Assembly: GCF_004010195.1 (NCBI RefSeq)
Contig: NC_057718.1
Location: 2,490,996 to 2,554,995 of the forward strand
Reading direction: 5' to 3'
Length of the DNA stretch: 64,000 bases
Source: Chiloscyllium plagiosum
Lineage: Eukaryota
The translations under genes were made by a program, and so were the position numbers. The stretch's first letter is position 1; each line of letters begins with the position of its first letter. This document shows positions 23,995 through 37,785 of this stretch, piece after piece. A model generated the notes under the pieces. That model searched no databases. It saw nothing but the letters and a program-made list of their open reading frames with translations, and was not told the DNA's origin.

Positions 23995-24850
23995 GAGCGT
24001 AGAGACAGCTTCACTCTGTATCTAACCCCGTACCGCCTCTGTGTTTGATGGGGACAGCGTAGAGATAGCTTTACTCTGTATCTAATCCTGTGCTGTACTG
24101 GTCCCCAGTGTGTTTAATGCTGACAGTGTAGTGAAATCTTTACTCTGTATCTAACTCTATGCTATCCTTGTCCTGGGAGTGTTTGAAGGGGAGTATGCAG
24201 AGGTAGCTTTACCTTTAGTTTAAAAGAATATATGGAGCTTTACTTTATATCTAACCTCATGCTGTACCTGTTTTGGAAGCATTTGATGTGGACAATGTAG
24301 AGTGGGTTTTACTCTGTATCCAACTCCGTGCTGTCCCTGTCCTGGGAGTGTTTGATAGTGATAGTGTAGGGGTAGCTTTACTCTGTATCTAACTCCATAC
24401 TGTTGCTGTCCTGTGAGTGTCTGATGGGGACAATGTAGAGATCTTTACTCTGTATCTAAATCCTGTGCTGTCCCTGTCCTGGGAGTGTTTGATGAGGACA
24501 TTGTAGAGGAAACTTTACTCTGTATCTCACCTCGTGCTGACCCTGTCCTGGGAGAGTTTAATGGTGACAATGCAGAGGGAGCTTTACTCTGTATCTAACC
24601 CCATGTTGTCCCTGTCCTGGGAGTGTTTGATCTGTACAGTATAGAGAGAGCTTCACTTTATATCTAACCCCTTGCTTTACCTACCCTGGGACTATTTGAT
24701 AGAAGGGACATTTTAGAAAGAGCTTTACTCTGTATCTAACCCTGTGCTGTCCCAGTCCTGGGAGTGTTTAATTGAAAAAGAGTGAAGGAAGCTTTACTTT
24801 CAGTTTAAAAGGGTAGATGGAGCATCAATCACTCTGTCCCTGTCCTGGAG
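23995..24850. repeat. Tandem satellite, unit ~65-70 bp (GGGAGTGTTTGATGGGGACAGTGTAGAGGGAGCTTTACTCTGTATCTAACCCCGTGCTGTCCCTGTCCT)
   Basis: About 12 diverged tandem units. The same unit recurs at 55750-56250. Confidence 0.9.
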
Positions 24851-26065
24851 AGATGCCTGGCTGAAATCTGAGTTGACGAGTTATATGAAATGTATGACTG
24901 TTTGTATATTTCTTTGTGTAATTTGAAAATACTTAGCAAGTGAAGTGAATTGCAGGGGACATTAATGTCAGAGTCCCATTTCTCCTTTTAAGTCTTAAGT
25001 ATATCTTAAGTAAGTCTTTAATTTATGATCTGTATTAACAATGCTGGCTAGTGCAAGTATATATTGGAATGTTGAACCAGCAGGGAAGGGAAAGTTCATG
25101 GAGCGTGTTGCACTGTCAAAGGGAATGAGATTCTGAAATCATTTTGATTTCCTTGCTGAGCTCACTGTTAGTGGTGATGAGGGGGTACGGTGCCTCATTG
25201 AGTGTTGACAGAGTATAATGATGATTGGTTCATGATGCTGGGAGTTGTGAGGAGCCAATCAGGGTAGAATAGATCAGAGAATGGGTTAAAATTGGTGACT
25301 CGGATCACTGCATTCATTTTGGCAAGCATGCAGTGATCCGAATCTACACTCAGTTCATTAGCTACTGACCTTTCACCAGATCACACCCGATCTATCACCA
25401 TAATTCCATCAGGAAACTGGGACACCATGAGGAGAGTATTCAACAAAGATTGGTACCAGGCTCCCCCATTTCTCTGAGATGTCCCGTTGATCTCTCAGTA
25501 AAGTGACAGGAGAATAGCTGTGTAATTCGACAATGCATTTGATGACAATGAATTTATGCAGGAGTTACAAGGTCAGGACCCAGAATTAGTAATTCAGTTA
25601 CAAGCAAACAAACTGTGTTCAGACACAGATAGGCATAGGTGAGATCAGAAAGAATCTTGGAATAACATTATACAGTCATTTTAGGAATAACCCATTTTAG
25701 AATTAGCCCATAGATTGCCAGGTTTTTAAAATTAACATCACAGATTGTAATCACAGGTGTGAGCCTGACATCTGGAGTATTATACAATGACCCTTTGTCT
25801 ATCAGCGTTAATTCAACTGTCTCTGAGCAATTAGGCAGCTTAAAAAAATGCTCATTTATTTTTTAACTCAAGCATCCCTAGGCACCATATAAATTAATAA
25901 CATTGAAGGAACTGTACAAGTTAATATTATTGCATCTGCTGCAAATTTTAACAGCTCTATCCATTACATGGACCACAGTTGACAAGAGGGGAGAGTGTAC
26001 GTAGGACTGTAGGAGGGGGTTAAATGGGTGTGCAGAGTCGGTGACAGGGGGAGAATGTACATGTA

Positions 26066-26730
26066 ATAGAACATAGAACACAGAACATAGAACGTAGAAC
26101 AATACAGCACAGAACAGGCCCTTCGGCCCACGATGTTGTGCCAAACATTTGTCCTAGCTTAAGCACCTATCCATGTACCTATCCATTTGCCGCTTAAAGG
26201 TCACCAAAGATTCTGACTCTACCACTCCTACAGGCAGCACATTCCATGCCCCCACCACTCTCTGGGTAAAGAACCCACCCCTGACATCTCCCCTATACCT
26301 TCCACTCTTCACCTTAAATTTATGTCCCCTTGTAACACTCTGTTGCACCCGGGGAAAAAGTTTCTGACTGTCTACTCTACCTATTCCTCTGATCATCTTA
26401 TAAACCTCGATCAAGTCACCCCTCATCCTTCGCCATTCCAACGAGAAAAGGCCTAGCACTATCAACCTATCCTCGTACGGCCTATTCTCCATTCCAGGCA
26501 ACATCCTGGTAAATCTTCTCTGCAAAGCAGAGAAATGACACCTGAGTGGCAACTTTCAAAGATCTATGAACATAGACCCCAAGATCCCTCTGTTCCTCCA
26601 CCTCACTAAGAACCCTACCGTTAACCCTGTATTCCGCATTCTTATTTGTTCTTCCAAAATGGACAACCTCACACTTGGCAGGGTTGAACTCCATCTGCCA
26701 CTCCTCAGCCCAGCTCTGCATCATATCTAA
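26066..26730 (-). mobile_element. CR1-like LINE 3' part, relatively young
   Basis: QRRFTRMLPGME..RRMRGDLIEVYKMIRG..FFTQRVVGAWN, with a (TTCTATG)n tail. Confidence 0.9.
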
Positions 26731-27249
26731 TGTGGGAGGAGGATTAATAGACTTCCTTATGTTGCAAACAACTCGTTAATATGGCATTCAATAAGGTCCC
26801 ACATGAGAAATTAGCATGTAAATTTAAAGCTTATGGGATTAGGGGAGGGCTTTTGCCCAAAACTTCGATTTTCCTGCTCCTCGGATGCTGTCTGACCTGC
26901 TGTGCTTTTCCAGCACCGCTCTGATCTAAATTCTGGTTTCCAGCATCTGCAGTCCTCACGTTTGCCAAAAATTAGGGGTACTGTGCTGACATGGATTGAG
27001 GACTGGAAGGAAGAAAGAAAGAGTACAAATACATGATCTTCTTCTGAGTGGCAGGCCGTGATTAGTGGGGTGCCATAGGGATCAGTGCTAGGAACCTAGC
27101 TATTCACAATAGATATGCTTTGGATGAGAAAACTAAATATATTATCTCCAACTTTGCAGGTGACACAAAGCTGGGTGGGAGGGTAAGCTGTGAGGAGGAT
27201 GCAGAGATGCTTCAATTTGAATTGGACAGGCTGAATGTGTGGGCAAATG

Positions 27250-29325
27250 CATAAAGAGGTAAACAAGTTACTCAAAGATTGGTATGGGAGAAACGGATTT
27301 GAATTCATGGGACATTGGAGGGAGGGAGCTGTTCCAATGGGACAGGCTTCATCTGAATCATGCTGGGATCAGAGTCCTTAGAAGTGCAGAGTAAAATAGG
27401 GCTGAGTCAGCACATCGTTATCTAGGGGAGACCATGCCTGACAAATCTGTTCAAATTCTTTGGAGGTAATGAGCAAGTTAGACAAAGGAGAGCTTCAGAC
27501 ATGATCTATTTGGATTTCCAAAAGGCCTTTGACAAGATGCTGCAAAGGAGGCTGTTAAATAAGATAAGACCCCTTGGTATTAGGGACAAGGTACTGGCAT
27601 GGATAGAGAATTGGCTGACTGGCAGAAGGCAGAGAGTGGGAATAAAGAAGTCTTTTTCAGGGTGGCTGCCGATGACTAGTGGAATTCCACAGGGTCAGTG
27701 TTGGGACGACAACTATTCACGTTATACATTAATAATCAAGACAAACGAACTGAAGGCATTGTTGCTAAGTTTGCAAATGACACAAAGATACGTGGAGGGA
27801 CAGGTAGTGTTGACGAGGCAGGGAGGCTACAGAACAACTTGGACAGGCTGGGAGAGTGGGCAAAGAAATGGCAGATGGAATACAATATTCAAAGTGTGAG
27901 GTTATGCGCTTTGATAGGTAGAATAGATATGTAGACCATTTTCTAAATGGGGAAAAGCTTTGGAAATCTAAGGCACAAAGGGACTTGGGAGTTTTAGTTC
28001 AGGATTCTCTTAACATCAGGTTCAGATGGCAGCTAGGAAGGTAAATGCAATGTCAACATCTGTTTCAAGAGGGTTAAAATACAAGAGCAGGGATGTCCTG
28101 CTGAGACTGTATAAGGCTCTGGTCAGACCACATTTGGAATATTGTGAGCAGTTTTGGGTCCCGTATCTATGGAAGGATGTGCCAGCATTGTTCAGAGGAG
28201 GTTTACAAGAATGATCCTAGAGATAAAGGACTTGTCACATAAGGAGAGTTGAGGATTTGAGGGCTGTACCCGATGGAGTTTAGAAGGATGAGGAAGGAAC
28301 TGATTGAAACTTACAGAATACTGAGTGGATATGCAAAAGATGATTCCAGTAGAGGGGGAGCCAAGGGCACAGTCTCAGGGAAAAGAGATGACCATTTACA
28401 ACTAAGGTGAGGAGGAATTTCTTCAGGAAGTGGGCGGTGAATCTGTGGAACTCATTGCTGCAGAAGGATGTGGAAGCCAAATCATTGCATGTATTTAATA
28501 TGGATTTCGATAGGTTAAGAGCTTAGTAGGGTTCAAGGGTTATGGGAAGAAGGCAGGAGAACAGATTGAGAAACATATCAGTTAGGAGCAGAAGCAGAAA
28601 GGCATTCTGTTTTCTGAATGGTGATAGATTGAGAAAGGGAGAGGTGCAAAGAGACTTGAATGTCCTCATACACCAGTCACTGAAGGTGCAACAGAGGGGG
28701 AAGAAGGTAACTGGCATGTTGTCCATTGTAGCGAGAAGATTTGAGCACAAGAGCAGGGATGTCTTGCTGCAACTCTACAGGGTCTTGATGAGACTGTTGT
28801 GTTCAATGTTGTTCTCATCTGAGGAAGGATGTTCTTGCTGTGGACACAGTACAATGAAGTGTCACCAGGCAATCCTGGGAGGGCAGGACTGATCCATGAA
28901 GATAAATAAGTTCAGCTAGGACTATATTCTCAGGATTTCAGAAGGATGAGGAGGGATCTTATAGAGACCTGTAAAATTCTAACAGGATGACAGGGTAATT
29001 TCAGGAAGGATGTTGCTGATGACTGGGGAGTCCAGAATCAAGGGTCACAGTCTAGGGACACAGGGTAAGCCATTCAGGACTGAGATGAGGAGAAACGTCT
29101 TTACCCAGAGAGTGGTGAGTCTGTGGAATTTGCTGCCATATAAAGCCATTGAGGCCAAAACATTGAATGTTTTCAAGAAAGAGTTGGACATAGTTCTTAG
29201 GGCAAAAAGATGCAGATATGGGGAGAAAGAAGGAAAAGGGTACTGGGTTGGATGATCAGCCAGGATCATATTGAATGGTAAAGCAAGGTCGAAGGGCTGA
29301 ATGGCCTTTACATGTTCCTATTTTA
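27250..29325 (+). mobile_element. Cluster of CR1-like LINE fragments (ORF1 esterase remnant, RT, two 3' ends)
   Basis: MIYLDFQKAFDK, SGIPQG, FANDTKI, LVRPHLEYCEQFW and FTQRVVSLWN motifs. Confidence 0.8.
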
Positions 29326-32300
29326 AAATTTCTACAAAAAAACATTTTCTGAGTTACATTCATCCAACTACATGATGCCTAGTAACACCAACAGTTCATT
29401 CAGCTCTGCAGTCCTTTACAACAACCAGCACTGACTAGCCCACTTCAAAGAGTCTATAACCACTTGGAGCTGTCAATCAAACTGTTAAATTGGGAGGCAG
29501 CATGCTGTAATAATGGGAGGATGTGAAATTAGTCAAGTCTCTCTAAGCCAGTTCCCTATGTCAAAAGGAATTCGAAGGGCAAATATTTTTCAAACTCTAG
29601 TTTTCTTTTCAAATAGTTAAAAGACAAGACTTGACTCAACTGCCCTGAGAACTTGACAGTTTCCTTTGACAGTTCTTCTTCACAGCTGTAATGAACTTCA
29701 CAGTTCCAGTACATTTACATACCTTTTACACACATTGATGCCTTGTTTTTTAACAATCACAAAGAGTAGCGTAGCTATTTTAAAGGAATCTGACCATTGT
29801 AAAGAGGTATGTTATCCCCCAGAAAGGGTACCCTGGCTATTTACGCAAATCTGGAATGATCAGAGCTGCTTCTCCTAGGTCTAACTGTGCGTGGCATATT
29901 ACACACACTGGGTCACACAAGGCTATGGCCTGCTGCTGCTGCTGCTGATTTCTATCTTTGTCAGCTGTTTCACCTCTCCTTTGATGTAAAGCTGACACCA
30001 ACCACAGCTGGATTACTGCTGTGTGACTAGTTTATCTGACCAGCAGCCTCCGTGAAATGCATGTGCATGAAATGTGATCTGACCCCTATCCATATCATGT
30101 CTACTCCCACTCATCCACCACACCCCAATAAAAACATCTGGCAGTGCCACTCCCAGATTATTTAGCCATGTCTGCCATTTTTGCAGCCTGTTGCAGTGAA
30201 AACACAAGCCCCAAATTCAGTCTTGTGACATTATTAGGAATTGGATTCATTCTGGTGAGATCACCCCTCATTATTCTAAACCCCAGAGGCTATCATCCAA
30301 CTCTACTGTGAAGCAGACTCTTTGGGCTGAGTGGCCTGCAGTTCCCAAGTCTGCTGCCCACTCAATCTCCCTTCACAAAAAAAAGTCCCCATGTCCCAGA
30401 AATCATTCTAGTGAACCTGCCTTATCTATTTGTTAAGGTAAACAGGTAGGATCAAAACTACACTGAGCACTTCAGGTGTAACCTCCCATATCATTGCAAG
30501 AAAATGTTCTCATTGTATTTCAGCCAGCTTCTATTTGTCCCTAGGGGTTAACTTTCCAATTTTTGTACAAGAACATCTAAATCTCTCTGAATGCCAACAT
30601 TTAGTGGGTTCTGAACTTTACAAACATTCTGCTTTTCCAGTCTTTCTATCAAAATGAATAAATTAATGCTGCCCAACATTAAATGGCACCTGTTATCATC
30701 ATGTCCAATCACCGAATCTATCCCTCGACAGTCTTTATACATTGTCCTCAGAGCTTACTTTTCCATCTGCATTTGTATAATCCCAAACCTCCATTATATA
30801 TTATACTCTGTCCCCTCATCACACTCATTGTTAGATATTATTAAGTAACTTGAGTTCCAAGAATTCAGCTTTGCACCACTTCACAAGAGAGACCCTATCA
30901 CCCTGAAAAACATACTGATAAGGAACAAGATCAGGCCACTCAGCCCTTTTGGGTGTGTTCTGGCATTTAATAAGATCATGGCTGATGTGACTTTAACCTC
31001 AACCCTACAGTCCTGCACATCCTCGGTCATCTTATGTGCCCTTGCTAATCAATGCCCAATCTCAGTTTTTTAACCAAGCCTTAACCCCTGCTGATACATT
31101 CCTCCCCCCAATCTCCTGAACCCTAACCCTACTTAACAGCCGATTATGTAGCATCTTATTGGATAACTTCTGAAAATCTAAATACAAAACCTTCATTATT
31201 TCCCACTACCCAACCCGTTAGTTATATGCCACCCCAAAAAAACTCTAATTGTTGGTGTTACAAGGCATTATGTAGTTGGAGGAATGTGACTTCAGAAAAT
31301 GGGATTCTATAGAAATATAGAGAACAGGAGCAGGGTTAGGTCATTCAGCCCTTCGATCTTACACTGCCTGTCAATATGGTCATGGCTGGTCATCCAATCA
31401 GTCCCTTGTTCCTGCTTTCTCCCTATACTCTTTGATTCATTTAGCACTAAGAATTAGACTGAACTCTTTCCCGAAAACATTCAATGTTTTGACCTCACCT
31501 GCTCTCTATGGTAGCAAATTCCAAAGTCCCACACTTTTTGTCAAGTATGAATTCCCTTTCATAAAGCTCTGACAGTCTGGTCTACAACTTTACAAGTGTA
31601 CTGTTATCACATCCTCAATAACAGATTCCAGCATTAACCTGTTACTGCCGTTAGGATCAGTGGTTCATCTGTCCCTGTTATTGCTCTCTGTCTTCTCTTG
31701 AATAGAAGGTTCCATTTACTGCTGATCAAGCCACAGGGATCATTTCATAATCTGTGGAAGTTTGAACTCTAAACAGGCATTAATTCTGCTGCTACCTCTT
31801 TTACAACTTTGGCTGTAGGCCACCAGGGTCAAGGGATCTGTTGCCACTCATTCCTAATAATTTTCTAGTACTTTTTGTTTTGGTAACTTTACATATTTTA
31901 CATTCCTGATTCTGGTTAAACTCATGGTTCCCCTAACTTCCTCATGTACTTTGTGTCTTCTGCTTTGTAGATAGACCAAGCAGATTGTGACATCTCTACC
32001 ATTTCCTTTCTCTCTTTTCCAATCCCTCCTGTCTCTGCTTTGAAGATTTGTTTTCTTTTGCAAGCAAGTAATTTCCTCTTTATAGGCTTCTAAATGTTTG
32101 TGCAATTCTTATGATATTTATCGCAAGTTTAATGCCATGTACTATTTTCTCTTTTTTCTGTTATTTCTTGGGTATTCTTTATAAGACTCTCCAAATTCTC
32201 AGACTTACTCTTTTCACAATATTTTAATTTTCTCGTTTCAATCTCATGCAATCCTCAATTTTCACAATTTGTCATAGATATGCCACTTTCTTACAGGAAA

Positions 32301-33009
32301 TTTTATCCCACAAGGGAATGTATACTCATGAAGACTTATTTCTTCAAATGTTTGTCCTCGCTTATCCACTAATAACTTTAAATCTATTTTCCAATCTATG
32401 TCATCCAGATTGAGCCTGCTAACTCCTAAATTGGCTTTATTTAAATTTAACCACATAACTCTAAACTTAAGATGAAATTCCATCATGTTATGATCATTTT
32501 CCCCCAGAGTGTCCTTTTTCCAAGGTTACTGAGTAACTCTTCCTCATTATACAGTGTACAACCTAACTTAATCTCTATTTGTTGTTGGATCCTCAACATA
32601 TTGTTCAAGAAGAACCATTAAATGCCACATAATATGCAAGGACACAGTTTCCAAACAGATGTGTGAGAGTCAGTACAACTATCATCCCTTAGTTGTACTG
32701 ATGGACACTATTGTAAGCCTGATGTTTTAAGTTACCTCCAAGGAGTTACCCATTTAAGATGGAGATGACAGCATTTTATTTCCCACAGTGGGCTGTGAGT
32801 ATTTTCATCCCACTCCCAGAAAAGGTGATGAATGCACAGTCTGAATATTTTTAAGACAGAGGGGGATGGATTGTTGGTAATTGAAGGGGGGTTGTGAAAG
32901 TTTATCGGGGTAGGCAGGAAAGTGCAGTAATCACATCAGCCATAATCTCATTGAATGATGGAGCAGGTTTGAGTGGCTACTCCTGCATCTAATTTTGACC
33001 TTAGAATCA

Positions 33010-33320
33010 TCATCATTATTCTATTATTCCAGAAACCCAGGTAATGTTCTGGGCACACAGGTATGAATCCTGCCAGGCCAGATGGTGACAGTTCAACCCA
33101 ATTAGGAGAAGTTAAGAGTCTAATGCTTATTGCAAAACCACGGTCGATTGTCGGAAAAACCATTTGGCTCTCTAATGTCCTTTATGGAAAGAAACTGCCC
33201 TCCTTACCTGGTCTGGCCTACATGTGACTCCAGCAATGCGGTGGACACTTAACCTCTTGTAGGCAATTAGGGTTGGACGATAAATGCTGGCCTAGCCAGA
33301 GACACCCTCATCCTGTGAAT
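33010..33320 (+). mobile_element. tRNA-derived SINE (same family as 14200-14550)
   Basis: CCTTACCTGGTCTGGCCTACATGTGACTCC core and ATAAATGCTGGCC tail. Confidence 0.75.
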
Positions 33321-33569
33321 GATTTATTTTAAAAATTGGCTTGTTTGGGTGCTCTGCCAATATCTGCAGTTGTTTGATATTAATTGGCCCTGTCTTCCTG
33401 TCTGTATTCAGTGTCCGACTTGCCTATCGAGTGGTCTGTCCCCTTGCTTGACATCTGTAGTTTCATGTTCAAGTGCTCATTATACTTTGGAAGATTCAGA
33501 CCTTCCTGATACCCCAGTGGTAGCCCTCACAATGTTCCCATGTAACCCCACTAGATGCTGACGAGTCCA

Positions 33570-34140
33570 CATCGGGAGTACTGTGAGCAGTTTTGATCTC
33601 ATTATTGAAGCAAATATATCATTTCATTGGAGGCAATTCAGAGAAGGTTCACTCAGATGATCTCGGGTATGGGGGGGGGGGGATTGTCTTATGAGCAAAA
33701 GCTAAACAGGTTAGCACTCAACTCATTTGAGTTTAGCAGAACAGGAGGTGATCTCATTGAAACATGCAGAATTCTTTAGGGACTTGACAGGGTAAATGCT
33801 GAGAGGATGTTTCCCTTCATGGGAGAGTCTCAGACTAGAGGGTACAGTCTCAGAATTAAGGGGCACCAATTTAAGATTGAGATGAGGAGGAAATTCTTCT
33901 CTCAGAGGGTTGTGAGTCTTTGGAACTCCTTACTACAAAGACCTTTGGAGGCAAAGTCCTTGTATGTATTTAAGGCTGAGACAGAGAGATCTTTGACCAG
34001 TCGGGGAATCAAAGGTTATGGGAAAAGGGCAGGAAAGTGAACATTAGGAATATCGGATCAGCCATGATCCTGTTAAACGGGGGAGCAAGGTCAAGGAACC
34101 AAATGATCTAATCATGTTCCCACTTTTGTGGTTTTATGGT
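33570..34140 (+). mobile_element. CR1-like LINE 3' part
   Basis: MFPFMGESQTRGYSLRIKG..FFSQRVVSLWNSL. Confidence 0.8.
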
Positions 34141-35059
34141 CTAAGTTGATGTGACTGCCTCAGTGCAAGGTATAAAGAAATGTTAGCCTCCCTTTTCGCA
34201 GAGTATTTCATGTAGAATGGAAACAAGGAGAAAGTGGTCAGTACTGTAATGTTGGTGGGTCATGACCTCTACTCTAGACTAATCCACCATTGACAAGTAT
34301 TGGTCTGAATCTCCCTGAATCAGATTCAACCCCATTCCAGCCCAGAAACTGCTTTTGAGTTTACATTTAAATTCTTTCTGCAGTGAATTATTCAGTTGGA
34401 TGATCGAGGAATGAGTATGTGAACTGGTGGTTTTAAATTATAAAAAAACAAACTCTCTAAGTTAGGTTTCTTTGAGATATGATGGAGGAGGAGACAGTGA
34501 CAGATTGCATTTGACAATTCTTTCAGGATGTGTTGTAACATCGGATAGTTAGCTGTTTGCTGGGAAGAGAACTGACATCACAGTGAAGCTGACAGCTAAC
34601 TGGTTGGATGAGACTGCCTTTCAATTAATGGAAAACTAACAAACTGTCACTAACTAACAGCACCAAGATAAAGAACTTCAGCTTTCCAGCAATATGGTCT
34701 CTTCTTTATTTGATGTTTGATCTTTGGCAGACATTACATCGATGGCGCAACTGGGAGCAATAGCGATCAAACCACTCTGACCACTGCCCAAACCCCCCCC
34801 AGTGAGGGTGGGGTGGCAAGATGGAGGGGACACTGAGGGAGACTGACCAACACATTCTGACCCCTGCGGGGGAGAGACATTGAGAGTGCGGCACACACCG
34901 ACCTTAGGGGAAGGGACACTGAACAACACACTCTTACCTCCGTGCAGGGAAAGACACTGAGGGAGACTGACCAACACAGACCAAGAAAAGTGGACAAAGG
35001 GACAATGTCATTGAAACATGTCCAGATTGCACAACAGCAAACACGAAAAGATTTGATTT

Positions 35060-36082
35060 CCAGAGGTGAGGTGAGACTGGTAGCCCTTGACACCAAGACC
35101 ACATTCAGTAATTGTGGCATCAAGGAGCTCAGGCAAAACGGGAATCACTGGGAGTCAGGGGCAAACTCCCAGTGGTTGGAGTCATACCTGACTCATATGA
35201 AGATGGTTGTGGTTGTTGGAGATCAGTTATCTCAGCTTCAGGACATCTCTGCAGGAGTTCCTTAGGGGAGTGTCCCAGGCCCAACCATCTTAAACTGCTT
35301 CAACAATGACCTTCCTTCCATCATAAGGTCAGAAGATGATTGTACAATGTTCAGCACCATTCACGACTCCTCAGATACTGAAGCAGTCTGTGTTCAAATG
35401 CAGCAAAATCTGGACAATATCCAAGCTTGGTTTCATAAGTAATAAATAACATTTTTTCCACACGAGTGTAGGCAATGACTATCTCCAACAAGAGAGAATC
35501 TGACCATCACCTCTTGACATTTAATTACTCCTATCACTAAATCCTCCACTACCAACATCTGGGGGTTACCATTGACCAGTAACTGCACTGGACACACCAC
35601 ATAAAAACAGTGACTACAAAAGTAGGTCAGAGGTTAGGAAGCCTGCATTGAGTAACGCATCTCCTGACTCCCCAAACCTCTCACAAGTCAGGAATACTCC
35701 CTACTTGCCTGGATGGGTGCAGCTTCAATTACACTCAAGCTTGACGCCATCCAGGACAAAGCAGCCCACTTGAATGAACAACATTGAAAAACATCTGCTC
35801 CCTCCATCACTGATCTGCAGTAGCAGCAGTGTGTACTGTCTACTAGATGTACTGCATAACTTGCCAAGTCTCTTCCAACAGCACTTTCCAAACTCACATC
35901 CAGAAGGGCAAGGGCAGCAGATGGGAACACCACATCCTGTAAGTTCCTCTCTAAGCCACTCACCATCATGACTTGGAAATACATCACTGATCCTTCACTG
36001 TCACTGGGTCAGAATCCCGGAATTCCCTTCCTCAGGGCACTGTGGATCTACGTACAGCATGTGGACTGCAGCGGTTCAAGAA
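35060..36082 (+). mobile_element. L2-group (L2/Crack-like) LINE fragment
   Basis: RLVALDTK, ISAGVP*GSVPGP (GVPQGS-like), and a LAWMGAAS..LDAIQDKAA remnant. Confidence 0.7.
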
Positions 36083-36157
36083 ATCTGGAGTGTAGACATG
36101 ATTATGCACTCTGTTGGGGATTTGGAGCTACAGTTTTCAGGCTGAGAGATACCAGTG

Positions 36158-36289
36158 CGGTACATTCCTGATGAAGGGCTTACACCCGAAACGTCAACTC
36201 TCCTGCTCCTCAGATGCTGCCTGCCCTGCTTTGCTTTTCCAGCACCACACTCTTGACTGGCTCTTCAGCATCTGCAGTCCTCACTTTCT
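36158..36289 (+). mobile_element. Short Penelope-derived insertion with intact hammerhead core (36168-36195)
   Basis: CTGATGA-A-GGGcttacaCCC-GAAAC-GTC. TSD-like CTGAGAG(A/G)TACCAGTG at 36142-36157 and 36290-36305. Confidence 0.75.
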
Positions 36290-36929
36290 CTGAGAGGTAC
36301 CAGTGTTGACTAAAGTAATTGGAATGCATGATATTAACTCATGCCACCTCAGTCAGTTTCTTACATGTTAAGCAGAAGTTTGCTACTTGGGGATGAATTT
36401 GTTATATCCTGGACATAAAAATGGATCCATTCAACAGTAACAAGCAATGGAATTAAGGCAACAGTGAAGTGTAGTCACATAGATTAAACATTTATCAAAT
36501 TTTCCAGACAGATACATTAATCAAAGCCAAGCATAGCGAGCAATAGCAGCACAATGGATAACAGGAAACAATAATGGGAAGTGCAGGAGGGTAAACCCAG
36601 GTGAGGGTTAATTCAGAGACTGTTACAAAGTGGGCGCTGTTCAGTAAGCATTTACAGTGAGGGTTCTGGGCTCCATCAAGTTTTATAAATTGGGAAATAA
36701 AAATTGAAAGAACTGCGGATGCTGGGAATCAGAAACAAAAACTGAAATTGCAGGAAAGGCTCAGCTGGTCTAGCAACACGTGAGGTGAGAAATCAGAATT
36801 AATGTTTCGGGTCCAGTGACCCTTCCTCAGAAATTGGGAGCTAAGCCTGAGAGTAGCACAGCAGACACTTGTGGATGCTTATAACCATGAAACAATTGAC
36901 AGTAAGAACGAGGTAAGGCAAATGATTAA

Positions 36930-37785
36930 TTTCTTTCATTCGTTTTCTGGGATATAGGTGTCACTGGCTGAGTCCAGCATTTATTGCCTGTCCCTAGTTG
37001 CCCCTTGAGAAGGTGGGGGTGAGCTGCCTTCTTGAACCACTGCAGTCCATGTGCTGTGAGTTGACCCACAATGCCCTTAGGGAGGGAATTCCAGGATTCG
37101 GAACCAGCTACACTGACAAGATGGCGATATATATCCAAGTCAGGATGGTGACTGACTTGGAGGGGAACTTGCAGGGGCTGGTGCTCTGATGTATTCTGCT
37201 GCCCTTGTCCTTCTAGATGAAATTGGTCGTAGGTTTGGAAGGTGTTGTCTGAGGATCTTTGGTGAATTTCTGCAGTGCACCATGTAGAGAGTACACACTG
37301 CAGCTCCTGATCATCGGCGCTGGAGGGAGTGGATGCTTGTGGATGCTGTGCCAAACAAGTGGATGATTTGTCCTGGATGGTGTCAAGCTTCTTGAGTGTT
37401 GTTGGAGCTGCACCCATCCAGTCAAGTGGGGAGTGTTCCATCACAATCCTGACTTGTGCCTTATAGATGATGGGTGGGCATTGGGGAGTCAGGAGGTGAG
37501 TTATTCATCACAGTATTCCCAGTCTCTGCCCTGCTTTTGTAGCCATCATGTTTATATGGTGAGTTCAATTGAGTTTCTGGTCAATGGTAATCCCCAGGAT
37601 GTTGATAGTGGGGGAGATTCAGTGATAGTAACATCGTTGAATGTCAAGGGGTGGTTGTTAAATTGTTTCTTATTGGGGATGATCATAGCCTTGCATTTAT
37701 GGGGCACAAATGTTACTTACCACTTATCAGCCCAAGCTGGAAAGTCGCCCAGGTCTAGCTACATTTAGAGATGGGCTGTTTCAGA
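36930..37785 (-). mobile_element. L2-group LINE 3' end (same family as 35060-36082, opposite orientation)
   Basis: MEHSPLDWMGAAPTTLKKLDTIQDK...SWNSLP...QWFKKAAHPHLLKG. Confidence 0.75.
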
